A stretch of DNA of 63,367 nucleotides. It comes from an uncultured Methanosarcinales archaeon (GTDB lineage Archaea; Nanobdellota; Nanobdellia; Woesearchaeales; ARS49). The stretch covers positions 1 through 63,367 of the forward strand of contig CAYIEN010000006.1 in NCBI GenBank assembly GCA_964362535.1, given 5' to 3'. Under the pieces are notes generated by a model, which was not told where the DNA came from, ran no database searches, and was given only the letters and a program-made list of their open reading frames with translations. Shown piece after piece: positions 8,497 through 16,953 of the stretch. Numbering within the stretch: the stretch's first letter is position 1; each line of letters opens with the position of its first letter. A program made the translations under genes and the position numbers.

Positions 8497-8865
8497 CTAA
8501 AGCGTTAGTTTGGTCTGCATTCTGCGAGAATAGCTCAACGGGTCTTTCTGCTTCAGAACATGAATGACGTTGATGTAGGGGCGTAATTCTTTGTAGCTTT
8601 TTTCAAACAGTTTTTGGCCTTTCTTAGTGAGCGCCAATGATTTGTCTTCATAGCTAATGTAGCGATTCTTCTCTAATCCTTCTAAGTTTTTATACAAAGC
8701 ACGTTCTTGTTTGCCTGCGATATTGGCTCGCATAATCAAGTCAATAAAAGTCGCCTTAGAAATGGTAAGCTTGACCGGCGAATCTTGGAATTTGCGTTGG
8801 GCTTCAAGATACCAGCTCCCTAAAGTGAACAGAATCAGTTTTTGGACATCTGTAGCCTTAATCAC
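8497..8865 (-). CDS. Hypothetical protein, possible winged-helix DNA binder
   Basis: 122-aa ORF. GTG start is 23 nt downstream of a minus-strand CCTTAAATAAC. ...LEGLEKNRYISYEDKSLALTKKGQKLF resembles a wH wing. Confidence 0.4.
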   Translation of the reverse strand: MIKATDVQKLILFTLGSWYLEAQRKFQDSPVKLTISKATFIDLIMRANIAGKQERALYKNLEGLEKNRYISYEDKSLALTKKGQKLFEKSYKELRPYINVIHVLKQKDPLSYSRRMQTKLTL

Positions 8866-8917
8866 ACCGAGAATAAGAGAGTTATCGAGTTATTTAAGGA
8901 TTTATTTGCCGAAGAAT

Positions 8918-9358
8918 CTAAACTACCCAAAGAACTACAATGCCAACAACAACTCCGAGGGCAACGCCCCAGGCAACATCAGCCAAATAATGTTTCTTCA
9001 TCAGGATGCGTGTGCTTGAAACAAGCAGTGCTAAGACAACCAAGAACGTGCTAACCCAAATATTGCGGAATATGCTCATGATGACCATCGCTAAGACAAC
9101 CGCTCGCATAGAATGCATACTGACTACTGTGCCAGCATCGATTTTTTCCCACCAGGTGCGGAACTGCATTGCTTTGGGTCGGTCGCGGATAAAAATAGAG
9201 CGAGCGCCAGAAATAATAACGTAACAAATGAGCAATCCCAGGATTAATCTCCAGAACGTTCCAACTTGCTCAGTAAGAAGCAAAACAAATGATACAACGA
9301 GATAGACGGGCAGTCCGCCCAACGCGCTGACATCGCTGATTAAATCATCCAAGGACAT
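8918..9358 (-). CDS. PAP2-superfamily membrane phosphatase
   Basis: Multi-pass hydrophobic protein with PAP2-like blocks IFIRDRPK, VVSMHSMRA and KKHYLADVAWG. Confidence 0.55.
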   Translation of the reverse strand: MSLDDLISDVSALGGLPVYLVVSFVLLLTEQVGTFWRLILGLLICYVIISGARSIFIRDRPKAMQFRTWWEKIDAGTVVSMHSMRAVVLAMVIMSIFRNIWVSTFLVVLALLVSSTRILMKKHYLADVAWGVALGVVVGIVVLWVV

Positions 9359-9392
9359 GTGTGTTCCTACGTTGTTTCTCTTTTTAAACTTA

Positions 9393-9465
9393 TAGCCCCA
9401 CCCGGATTCGAACCGGGGTCCGGTGGTCCAAAGCCACCTATCCTTGACCGCTAGACGATGGGGCT
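9393..9465 (-). tRNA. tRNA-Gln (anticodon TTG)
   Basis: Acceptor AGCCCCA/TGGGGCT (A1:U72), anticodon arm GGTGG-CTTTGGA-CCACC, T arm CCCGG-TTCGAAT-CCGGG. Confidence 0.85.
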
Positions 9466-9503
9466 GTCAATTTAGATAATGTCAATTAAGCCGTTTATAA
9501 AGC

Positions 9504-10262
9504 TTATGAGAACTGTTTCAAACAATCTTCTTCCATGAAGTGCAATTTGCCCGGCACAATTAAGCAATGGACGGGTTTGCCGAAGTCTTTCTTCAGCACA
9601 TCTTTTGCCTTTCCAGAAATAATTTTTTGAGAATCAGAACCTAATCGTGCGCAGCCAACAACAAGCGTAGTTTCCGTAATGAGTTTTTTGCCGTGCTTTT
9701 TCTCAAGCAACAACAGATACTCAATTGCCTGCTTAACCGTCATGAATTTGTTTTCGTCAGGTTTCAAATCGAGCAAGAACAAGGTGTGCGCTCCAATAGA
9801 GTGATTTTCAGCCAAAATAGTGTAGGGAGAATCGGGCTCATAACCTTCATGTGTAAATGGAATCGAGGCAGTTTTGCCAAATTTGTAAAGTTGCAGTCCC
9901 GTCGCTCCGATTGCAGTCAAGACCGATGCGTTGTGCACTACTGCGACAGGAATCTTCATTTCGTGCGCGCGAGCGATCAAATCAACGTGAGTCGTAGCAA
10001 ATAAAGAATCTCCAATAACAAGTAATGAAACCACCTGCTTTTTCGCGGGCTTCAACAGCAATTCTTCTGCTTTTTGTTCAACGGTTGCTCTGTCCGCCAG
10101 CAAAACCTTCTTACCGTAAAATTTCTCAAGCGTCAACAGAGGAACTTGTAATAGCGAAGTGTAACTTTCCAAGTAAATAACGTCCGAGTTCTTGACGAGC
10201 TCGAGTCCTTTGACAGAAATATCTTTTTCGTCCGAGAGTCCGATGCCGATGATGTTTAGCAT
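9504..10262 (-). CDS. dphB: Diphthine synthase
   Basis: MLNIIGIGLSDEKDISVKGLE...VVSLLVIGDSLFATTH, a tetrapyrrole-methylase-fold Dph5 pattern; 252 aa. Confidence 0.85.
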   Translation of the reverse strand: MLNIIGIGLSDEKDISVKGLELVKNSDVIYLESYTSLLQVPLLTLEKFYGKKVLLADRATVEQKAEELLLKPAKKQVVSLLVIGDSLFATTHVDLIARAHEMKIPVAVVHNASVLTAIGATGLQLYKFGKTASIPFTHEGYEPDSPYTILAENHSIGAHTLFLLDLKPDENKFMTVKQAIEYLLLLEKKHGKKLITETTLVVGCARLGSDSQKIISGKAKDVLKKDFGKPVHCLIVPGKLHFMEEDCLKQFS

Positions 10263-10264
10263 AA

Positions 10265-10711
10265 TTATACCTTCATTTCTTCGTATTTCGGAGGAAAGTG
10301 AGAATCACGAAGTATTTTGAACCAAGTTGTTTCAAATTGCATGAACCTAGCTTGTGCGTGACTAAAATAAGGACTTTCACCAAATATGTTCATTAAGCGC
10401 GAACGCACATATGCTGCACTTTCATCATAGAGTTCTCGAACAATGCCTTCCATTTGTAATGTGGTTCTTTCATGAGGCGTAATTACTATGGCCGCAAAAT
10501 TATTTCTCATCAGGTTTTCATATTTTTTATAGTTTGCTGACGTTTCAAAATAAACAGCCAGTCCTTCTGAGACGTACCGAATGGTTGCAACTTCAGGAAT
10601 CGCGATTTGACGAACAAGGGAATCTTCAGTAAACATATCGAGTTTTGCAGTAGCAAGAGCACAAGTTTTGTTTTCTTTCAGTATTTTTTCAGCATCTTCT
10701 CGCAATCCCAT
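10265..10711 (-). CDS. Pyridoxamine 5'-phosphate oxidase-like FMN-binding protein (tentative)
   Basis: 148 aa; the N-terminal ...NKTCALATAKLD... and overall pattern resemble the split-barrel family. Leaderless, downstream of CGAAACGTTTAAAAG. Confidence 0.4.
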   Translation of the reverse strand: MGLREDAEKILKENKTCALATAKLDMFTEDSLVRQIAIPEVATIRYVSEGLAVYFETSANYKKYENLMRNNFAAIVITPHERTTLQMEGIVRELYDESAAYVRSRLMNIFGESPYFSHAQARFMQFETTWFKILRDSHFPPKYEEMKV

Positions 10712-10750
10712 ACCTTTCTAATTCGAAGGGGCGCTTTTAAACGTTTCGAG

Positions 10751-10798
10751 AAAAAAAATTGAAAAAAAGAAAAAAAAGAAAGCCCTCTCGGGCCCTCT
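10751..10798 (-). terminator. Hairpin plus long oligo-T tract downstream of ftsZ
   Basis: Minus strand: GCCC-GAGA-GGGC hairpin followed by TTCTTTTTTTTCTTTTTTTCAATTTTTTTT, about 55 nt after the ftsZ stop. Confidence 0.5.
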
Positions 10799-10852
10799 TA
10801 TTTCGCGTCCACCTTCGATTTGGGGGGTGATGGTGGATGCAAGAATGTGTTT

Positions 10853-11923
10853 TTAGTGCACGATTTCGATGCCGAGTTCGTCGCTCATTGCGGAAACTCT
10901 GACGGCCGATTCGCGCTTGCTGACGGAGGCTCCCGTGATGTAGGGGGAGGTTACTCCGGTGATGATGGTCATCACCATGATTTTTCCTTTCATGTCGTCT
11001 TGTACTCGTGCGCCCCAGATGACGTTTGCGTCTTCGTCCAAGGTTTCGGTGATTAATTCACCTGCTTGGTTGATTTCGTCCAAGGTCATGTCGGGTCCGC
11101 CGACGATGTGGATCAATGCGCCGGTTGCTCCTGCGTAGTTGATGTCCAAGAGGGGGTTTTCGAGTGCGCCGTGTACTGCTTCAGAAACACGATTGTTTGT
11201 GTCTGAGCTTCCGACACCGATCGCTGCGACTCCGCCGTTGGTCATGATGGCTTTCACGTCTGCGAAGTCCAAGTTAACCAATGAAGGTACTGCGATGGTT
11301 TCGACGATTCCGCGAATCATGGTCGAGATCAGTTCGTTTGCGACTGCGAATGCTTGCTGGATGGGCAAGTTTCCTGCGATTTGGACCAATCGGTTGTTGT
11401 CGATAACGACGACGGTGTCCGAGGCCTTACGCAATTGTGCAAGTCCGAATTCTGCTTTGTCGACGCGTGCGCGTTCAATCTTGAACGGCATCGTGACGGT
11501 GCCGATAACGATTGCGCCCATGTCTTTTGCGATTTGTGCAACGATAGGTGCCGAACCTGTTCCGGTTCCGCCGCCCATTCCTGCGCAGACGAAGACCATG
11601 TCCGAGCCCTTCAATACTGCTTTCAAGTCGTTGACGCTTTCTTGTGCTGCTTCTGCTCCCTTTTGGGGGTAGCCGCCGCATCCGAGTCCGCGCGTGACAT
11701 CTTTACCAATCAAGAATTTCTTGTCGGCTTCTGAGATTTTGAGGTGTTGCTGGTCCGTGTTAACGGCGATGATTTCTGCTCCTTTGATTCCTCGCTTGTA
11801 AAGCCAAGAAACCATGTTGTTTCCGCCGCCACCGCAACCGATGACTTTGATGTTGGCTTGCCCCACTTGCAAGTCGTCTTCTCTTTGTGCGCTTCGTTGT
11901 GCGCTTTCCATGTTAAAATCCAT
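10853..11923 (-). CDS. ftsZ: Cell division GTPase FtsZ
   Basis: GCGGGGNN, tubulin signature GMGGGTGTGSAP, T7-loop NLDFADV. Confidence 0.95.
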   Translation of the reverse strand: MDFNMESAQRSAQREDDLQVGQANIKVIGCGGGGNNMVSWLYKRGIKGAEIIAVNTDQQHLKISEADKKFLIGKDVTRGLGCGGYPQKGAEAAQESVNDLKAVLKGSDMVFVCAGMGGGTGTGSAPIVAQIAKDMGAIVIGTVTMPFKIERARVDKAEFGLAQLRKASDTVVVIDNNRLVQIAGNLPIQQAFAVANELISTMIRGIVETIAVPSLVNLDFADVKAIMTNGGVAAIGVGSSDTNNRVSEAVHGALENPLLDINYAGATGALIHIVGGPDMTLDEINQAGELITETLDEDANVIWGARVQDDMKGKIMVMTIITGVTSPYITGASVSKRESAVRVSAMSDELGIEIVH

Positions 11924-12300
11924 TTTTTTCTCCCCCTTGTTTCTGTTTTATATTTTGTAGTATAGAGATTCAACTACCAAAAGCTTTATATTCCCCGGTA
12001 GCCCATTCTCTTTTTAGAACACGATCTGGTTTGTGCCAACGAACTCGATTTGTATCTGTGTTTTTTCGAACGCCAATTCGAACAAACGCTGAATATTATT
12101 TACCAAAACCCACAGTTAATTTTTAACTTTCCCCGCCAAGGGATTGTTTAAAATTTTATTCTCTTTGTTTATTAAACCTTATTTAAATATACTTCGTTCT
12201 TTAAATATACCTATTTAAGTACTAGGCCTACGGTTCAGATGGAGTTTTACCTTCATTTCTTGTGGAAACGTTTATAAAGACACCGTCGATAAATGGCATT

Positions 12301-12624
12301 ATGTACAAGAAAATAGCAACATACGTCTTGATGGCGACAGCACTAGGTTGTGATCCTCAAAACAATTCAAATTCCCCTCCTCCAACGGAAATAGTGTTTG
12401 AAAAGAACAGAAAAAAAGTCCCCTCTTCATTTGATGCATTCGGGCGTTATGACGACAAAGAATGTAATTATGATTGCAAAGGAGTTACCACTTCAGATAT
12501 TGATGGTGATGGAGATCAAGATCTCATTATCGTCACAGGATCCGGATATTTTCTTATCGAGAACAAAATCCCGCAAAAAACTCTCGACGCAAAATTAACT
12601 CCCGAAAAAGAAGACAAGAAATAA
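12301..12624 (+). CDS. Small lipobox protein with FG-GAP/VCBS-like repeat
   Basis: MYKKIATYVLMATALGC (lipobox-like) and DIDGDGDQDLIIVTGSG. ATG 12301 is 23 nt after GGAAACG-TTTATAAA. Confidence 0.5.
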   Translation: MYKKIATYVLMATALGCDPQNNSNSPPPTEIVFEKNRKKVPSSFDAFGRYDDKECNYDCKGVTTSDIDGDGDQDLIIVTGSGYFLIENKIPQKTLDAKLTPEKEDKK

Positions 12625-13281
12625 TTACACTTTCTGCATTTTTTTCAATGCGTTTTCTGCCCATTGTCTAGCGGTTGCTAATGCTTTCGCGACGTAGGTG
12701 GAATACGTGCCGAATACTTCAGCAATGTCCTTGACGCGATTTCCATAATGGCTGAAAAAGACTACATTATGGAGTTCAAACTTGAGAGGCTTGACGGGTT
12801 TCTCGTCGGCATAACCAAGAGTTACAACAGCAACAGGAAGTACATCCTCGGGAATGTCACACACTTTTCTTAACATGTGATCGTCAAATGCGCTGACCCA
12901 GCACGCTCCTAAACCAAGTCCGTGCGCAGCCAAAAGCATGTTTTGCACGGCGGCAGCAGCGTCGAGTGTTGCGTATCGTTCGCCTTTCTTCGCATAGTAT
13001 CGTTCAGACTTTGCAGGCTCGCCACAGACGACGATATTGACGGGCGCTTGTGCCATCCAGTGCTGTTGCAAGCAAGCTTCAGCAACCTCTAATCGTTGTG
13101 CTGATTCCATGACGAGAATAAATTTCCACGGCTGCAAATTGCCTGCGGAAGGTGCCATCCTGGCAGCGTCAAGAATATGTCCTACCTTTTCAAATTCAAC
13201 AGGTAAAGAAAGATATTTGCGTATGCTTCGTCGCGTCTCGATTGCCTTCAGGACGTTCGGTATCTCCTCTTTTTTCTGCAT
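12625..13281 (-). CDS. Nitroreductase-family flavoprotein
   Basis: IETRRSIRKY, PSAGNLQPW...; 218 aa. Confidence 0.75.
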   Translation of the reverse strand: MQKKEEIPNVLKAIETRRSIRKYLSLPVEFEKVGHILDAARMAPSAGNLQPWKFILVMESAQRLEVAEACLQQHWMAQAPVNIVVCGEPAKSERYYAKKGERYATLDAAAAVQNMLLAAHGLGLGACWVSAFDDHMLRKVCDIPEDVLPVAVVTLGYADEKPVKPLKFELHNVVFFSHYGNRVKDIAEVFGTYSTYVAKALATARQWAENALKKMQKV

Positions 13282-13370
13282 AGGGATACCACCGTTTTGT
13301 GATTTATAAAGGTTTGGTGGCTTTATTCAAGGGGTTTTCTGCGGATATCTTATTATATCAGGTAAATGTG

Positions 13371-15170
13371 ATGAAGACCATGCGCTACGCAGATCTTGTT
13401 GAGGTATACGAGCAACTTACCGGCACGACAAAGAGGCTGGAAAAGACGCACATTCTTTCCGAGTTTTTGAAAAAAGTGCCGGATGCAGATTTTGACCACA
13501 TCTTACTGCTAGTGCAGGGCCGTGTCTTTCCGGCGTGGGACGAGCGCGTTATAGGCATGGCTTCGCAATCAGTCGTAAAGGCAATTATTCTCGCAACTGG
13601 CATCAGTCAAGAAAAGCTTGCCACTGTTTGGAAAAAGACAGGAGATTTGGGAGAAACAGCAAAGCAACTCACTACGCACAAGAAACAGGCGACATTATTC
13701 TCACAAGAATTAACAACGAAGAAAGTGTTTGACAACTTGAGAAAGCTCGCGAGCATGGAAGGCGCAGGAGTTGTTCAAAACAAACTCCAATTGGTCGCAG
13801 AGCTCCTGACCAGCGCAACGCCAATCGAGGCGCAATACATCATTCGAACGGTGCTGGAAGATTTGCGTGTCGGTCTCGGTGAAGGAACTATCAGAGACGC
13901 CATAGTCTGGGCATTCTTGCTGAAAGGTGTCACGACCTACGACCAGAAGAAGAACGAGTTCACGATTCCGGATGAAAAGAAGGAAGAGTATGACCACTGC
14001 TGTGCAGCAGTCGAGGACGCGATCAATCTGACAAACGATTTCGCCAGTGTTGCTAAAGCAGCCAAGCACGGCATCGAGAAATTGGGCAAAATCACGCTCA
14101 ACCCAAAAACCCCGATTAAAGTCATGCTGTATCCAAAAGCGAAAGGTATCGCTGACGCGTTCGAGATTGTGGGCAAGCCTGCGGCGTTCGAATACAAGTA
14201 TGATGGTTTCCGCATGCAGATTCACAAGAAGGATGGAACCATCCAGATTTTCACAAGAAGATTGGACGATGTCACAAAGCAATTCCCCGAAGTCGCAAAG
14301 TTGGTCGAAACATCTGTGGAAGGTAAAGACTTCATTTTGGATGGCGAGGCGGTCGGTTACGATGTAAAAACGGGTGGCTATGTTTCGTTCCAAAGTGTCA
14401 GTCAAAGAATCAAGCGAAAGTATGACATTGCCGAGGTCGCGGCAAAATTCCCTGTCGAACTCAATTTGTTCGATGTCGTTGAACTCAACGGCAAAAACTT
14501 ATTGAACGAACCGTTCCAGAAGCGTCGAGAGATTCTTGACAAAATCGTAACCGTCAAAGCAAAGAAAATTAGATTGGCGGAACAAATTATCACGGATTCT
14601 GAAGAAAAAGCACAAAAGTTTTACGAACAAAGTTTGAAAGCAGGTAACGAAGGAGTGATGGTCAAGAATCTTTCAGGAACGTACACGCCGGGTGCCAGGG
14701 TTGGTCAGGGTGTCAAGGTCAAACCAGTCATGGAGACGTTGGAAGTCGTTATCACGGGCGCTGAATGGGGCGAGGGTAAGCGCGGGCAGTGGCTTGCGAC
14801 GTTTATCATTGCAGTTAGAGACCCCGACAGCGGAGAACTGAAAGAGGTCGGCCGTGTCGGGACGGGTTTCAAAGAAAAAGAAGAAGAAATTGCGGAAGGC
14901 GAAGTCGCATCCGTCACCAACGTCACGTTCCAATACATGACGGACTTGCTCAAGCCACACATTATCAAAACGGAAGGCCGTGTCATGACGGTTCATCCCA
15001 ACATCGTCATCGAAGTCAATTATGAGGAAATCCAGGCCAGCCCAACTTACGATTCAGGATATGCCTTGCGATTCCCTCGTTTCGTTAAATTGCGAGAAGA
15101 CCGCGGACCGGACGACATCAACACGTTGCAGGACATTGAAGACCTGTACAAGCACCAGCGCGGAAGATAA
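13371..15170 (+). CDS. lig: ATP-dependent DNA ligase
   Basis: Adenylation motif EYKYDGFRMQIH (KxDG), FILDGEAV, EGVMVK, GARVGQGVKVKP. Start set at ATG 13371 (MKTMRYADLVEVY). Confidence 0.9.
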   Translation: MKTMRYADLVEVYEQLTGTTKRLEKTHILSEFLKKVPDADFDHILLLVQGRVFPAWDERVIGMASQSVVKAIILATGISQEKLATVWKKTGDLGETAKQLTTHKKQATLFSQELTTKKVFDNLRKLASMEGAGVVQNKLQLVAELLTSATPIEAQYIIRTVLEDLRVGLGEGTIRDAIVWAFLLKGVTTYDQKKNEFTIPDEKKEEYDHCCAAVEDAINLTNDFASVAKAAKHGIEKLGKITLNPKTPIKVMLYPKAKGIADAFEIVGKPAAFEYKYDGFRMQIHKKDGTIQIFTRRLDDVTKQFPEVAKLVETSVEGKDFILDGEAVGYDVKTGGYVSFQSVSQRIKRKYDIAEVAAKFPVELNLFDVVELNGKNLLNEPFQKRREILDKIVTVKAKKIRLAEQIITDSEEKAQKFYEQSLKAGNEGVMVKNLSGTYTPGARVGQGVKVKPVMETLEVVITGAEWGEGKRGQWLATFIIAVRDPDSGELKEVGRVGTGFKEKEEEIAEGEVASVTNVTFQYMTDLLKPHIIKTEGRVMTVHPNIVIEVNYEEIQASPTYDSGYALRFPRFVKLREDRGPDDINTLQDIEDLYKHQRGR

Positions 15171-15232
15171 TTTCTCGAACAGCCGTGAGCAAAGGTATTT
15201 AAAGCAACCTTCAGCTTTTGAACGTATTCCAA

Positions 15233-15306
15233 GCCCTGGTAGTATAACTTGGATAGTACGCAGCCCTGCGGAGGCTGCAGTCGGGGTTCAAATCCCCGCC
15301 GGGGCG
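15233..15306 (+). tRNA. tRNA-Arg (anticodon GCG)
   Basis: Acceptor GCCCTGG/CCGGGGC, anticodon arm CAGCC-CTGCGGA-GGCTG, T arm CGGGG-TTCAAAT-CCCCG. TATTTAAA upstream, TTTT downstream. Confidence 0.85.
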
Positions 15307-15385
15307 TTTTGATTCGGTTTTGTAGTCACTAAGTAGTGGTCATAAATAGAAAGGTTTATAAAGGGCATTTTGGCTTATTCTCAGT

Positions 15386-16486
15386 ATGATTGAGACATCT
15401 CTTCGTCAAAATATTGAATCACTTGTCAATAAGCTAACGGCATTTTCCGATAAAGTAGAAAACCACCTTCCCCAAATTGAAATCCCGAACACCGAAATAG
15501 TCTCTCATGGAGACACACAAATACGTCAAGGACGCACCGAGCTTGAAGACATTGTGCGTTCGCTTCGCAAAAGCATTGCTGCAATGTATAAGCTGGCCAC
15601 ATCCACCGTAAGCCACCTGACTTGCTCCCTTCAGCATGCTCCTTCTCGTCTCCTCGAATCAGCATATGACGCGGGGTTAAGCGCATATGATGCACTCATC
15701 ACCATGTTTGAAACCGCAAACACGTATGAACGTTCAGGTAAGAGATTCACTCGCATCATGTCAGACAATGTCGTGAAAACAATAAAGCTCTCAGATACAA
15801 ATGATGCGTTAATCAAAGCAAATCGTGAACTCGAAACAAAACGTCAAGAAATTCAAAAGAAAAATGACGAATTTTACAATTTACTCACCAAAGACCAGCT
15901 CACCGGCACGTATAACGAATTTTATTTCAAGCGCGAACTCGGTAAAGAAATCAAAGAAGCGAATGCAAAAAATGTTCCTCTTACACTGATTTATTTCGAC
16001 CTTGACGGTTTCAAAAAGGTCAACGACGATAACGATCACGACGCGGGCGATGACGTATTGAAAGAAGTAGTGGAACGCTGTCTGAAACGAAAACAGGATC
16101 GTGAAACTGACGTATTCGCTCGTCTTCACGGTGACGAATTTGCAGTCTTACTTAGCCGTACCACTGAAGAACAAGGTGCGACGCTTGCAGGCAACTTACT
16201 CGGCTCTTTAGTCGCCAAACCTTTCTTCATTGACAACCAGCCTTACGCCATTAGTGGCAGCTTCGGAGTTGTGCCGTACGTGGCAGGACACGACGCGAAA
16301 TTTTTCGTGAAACGCGCTGACAAGTGTATGTATTACGCAAAATCCATCGGCAAAAAAACAGTTGCCACCGAATCAATGCTGAAAAACCAGATTCAATCAG
16401 ATAACGGCCCTGCACTCATCACTCGACTCAAACTCAAAAAAATGAAGGACTACTACTTGCAAGGTGTAAATCCGCCAAAGGTTTAA
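15386..16486 (+). CDS. GGDEF-domain protein (diguanylate cyclase family; signature HGDEF) with helical N-terminal region
   Basis: QLTGTYNEFYF, FDLDGFKKVNDDNDHDAGDDVL, RLHGDEFAVLL, SGSFGV, ADKCMYYAKSIGKKTV in canonical order. Leaderless, 24 nt after TTTATAAA. Confidence 0.75.
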   Translation: MIETSLRQNIESLVNKLTAFSDKVENHLPQIEIPNTEIVSHGDTQIRQGRTELEDIVRSLRKSIAAMYKLATSTVSHLTCSLQHAPSRLLESAYDAGLSAYDALITMFETANTYERSGKRFTRIMSDNVVKTIKLSDTNDALIKANRELETKRQEIQKKNDEFYNLLTKDQLTGTYNEFYFKRELGKEIKEANAKNVPLTLIYFDLDGFKKVNDDNDHDAGDDVLKEVVERCLKRKQDRETDVFARLHGDEFAVLLSRTTEEQGATLAGNLLGSLVAKPFFIDNQPYAISGSFGVVPYVAGHDAKFFVKRADKCMYYAKSIGKKTVATESMLKNQIQSDNGPALITRLKLKKMKDYYLQGVNPPKV

Positions 16487-16500
16487 ATAGGTAAACAAAC

Positions 16501-16953
16501 ATGAACAACAACGTGATCCAAAACCTCGACCCATATGAGGATCCTGAAAGTCATTGCGATACGCAGCAGTATTTCATGACGGAACTGGAAAAAGCATTGT
16601 ACAAAGGGCGCATCGACGTCAAACCGGTCGGCGTCGTCATTTTTGAAGTGAACACTGCATATAACACGAGTTCTATTAATGAACAACAAGAACTTTCAAA
16701 ACGCATTGGCGCTGCGCTGCAAGATCTGCCGTTTGAAGAAAAAGGAAGACTTCGACCTGCAGAATACGCTGCAGTCATTGAAGGTGTTGATCCTGATACT
16801 TTTGAAAAAAATGTTGCAGCATTAAAAGCACGCTTGCAGCAGGAAATGACAGGTCAAGAAATCAGCATCAAATACAAAATTATTTCTCCTCAAGAAAAAA
16901 TAAACGCAGAAACAGTCATCAGCGATCTCGAAAAAGAATTATCCGCAGCTTAA
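16501..16953 (+). CDS. Degenerate GGDEF-like (nucleotide-cyclase fold) protein, catalytic motifs lost (tentative)
   Basis: 150 aa, 14 nt after the GGDEF gene. VGVVIFEVN... and GRLRPAEYAAVIEG line up with DLDxFK and RxGGDEFAVLL but lack D, GG and DEF. Confidence 0.4.
   Translation: MNNNVIQNLDPYEDPESHCDTQQYFMTELEKALYKGRIDVKPVGVVIFEVNTAYNTSSINEQQELSKRIGAALQDLPFEEKGRLRPAEYAAVIEGVDPDTFEKNVAALKARLQQEMTGQEISIKYKIISPQEKINAETVISDLEKELSAA

Noticed and set aside
10820-11056. 78-aa plus-strand ORF, and other ORFs between 11139 and 11973, overlapping ftsZ.
   Set aside because: Gly/Asp-rich antisense or out-of-frame translations of the Gly-rich FtsZ gene.
11924-12300. About 375-bp AT-rich intergenic region upstream of ftsZ with repeated TTTAAATATAC and TTCGAAC words; considered as a replication origin.
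   Set aside because: No orc1/cdc6 gene is adjacent and I could not find ORB-like inverted repeats. The repeats are explained by TATA-like promoter elements for the divergent genes.
13710-14405. 231-aa minus-strand ORF inside the DNA ligase gene.
   Set aside because: Completely nested antisense to a gene with unambiguous ligase motifs; no motif and no promoter.
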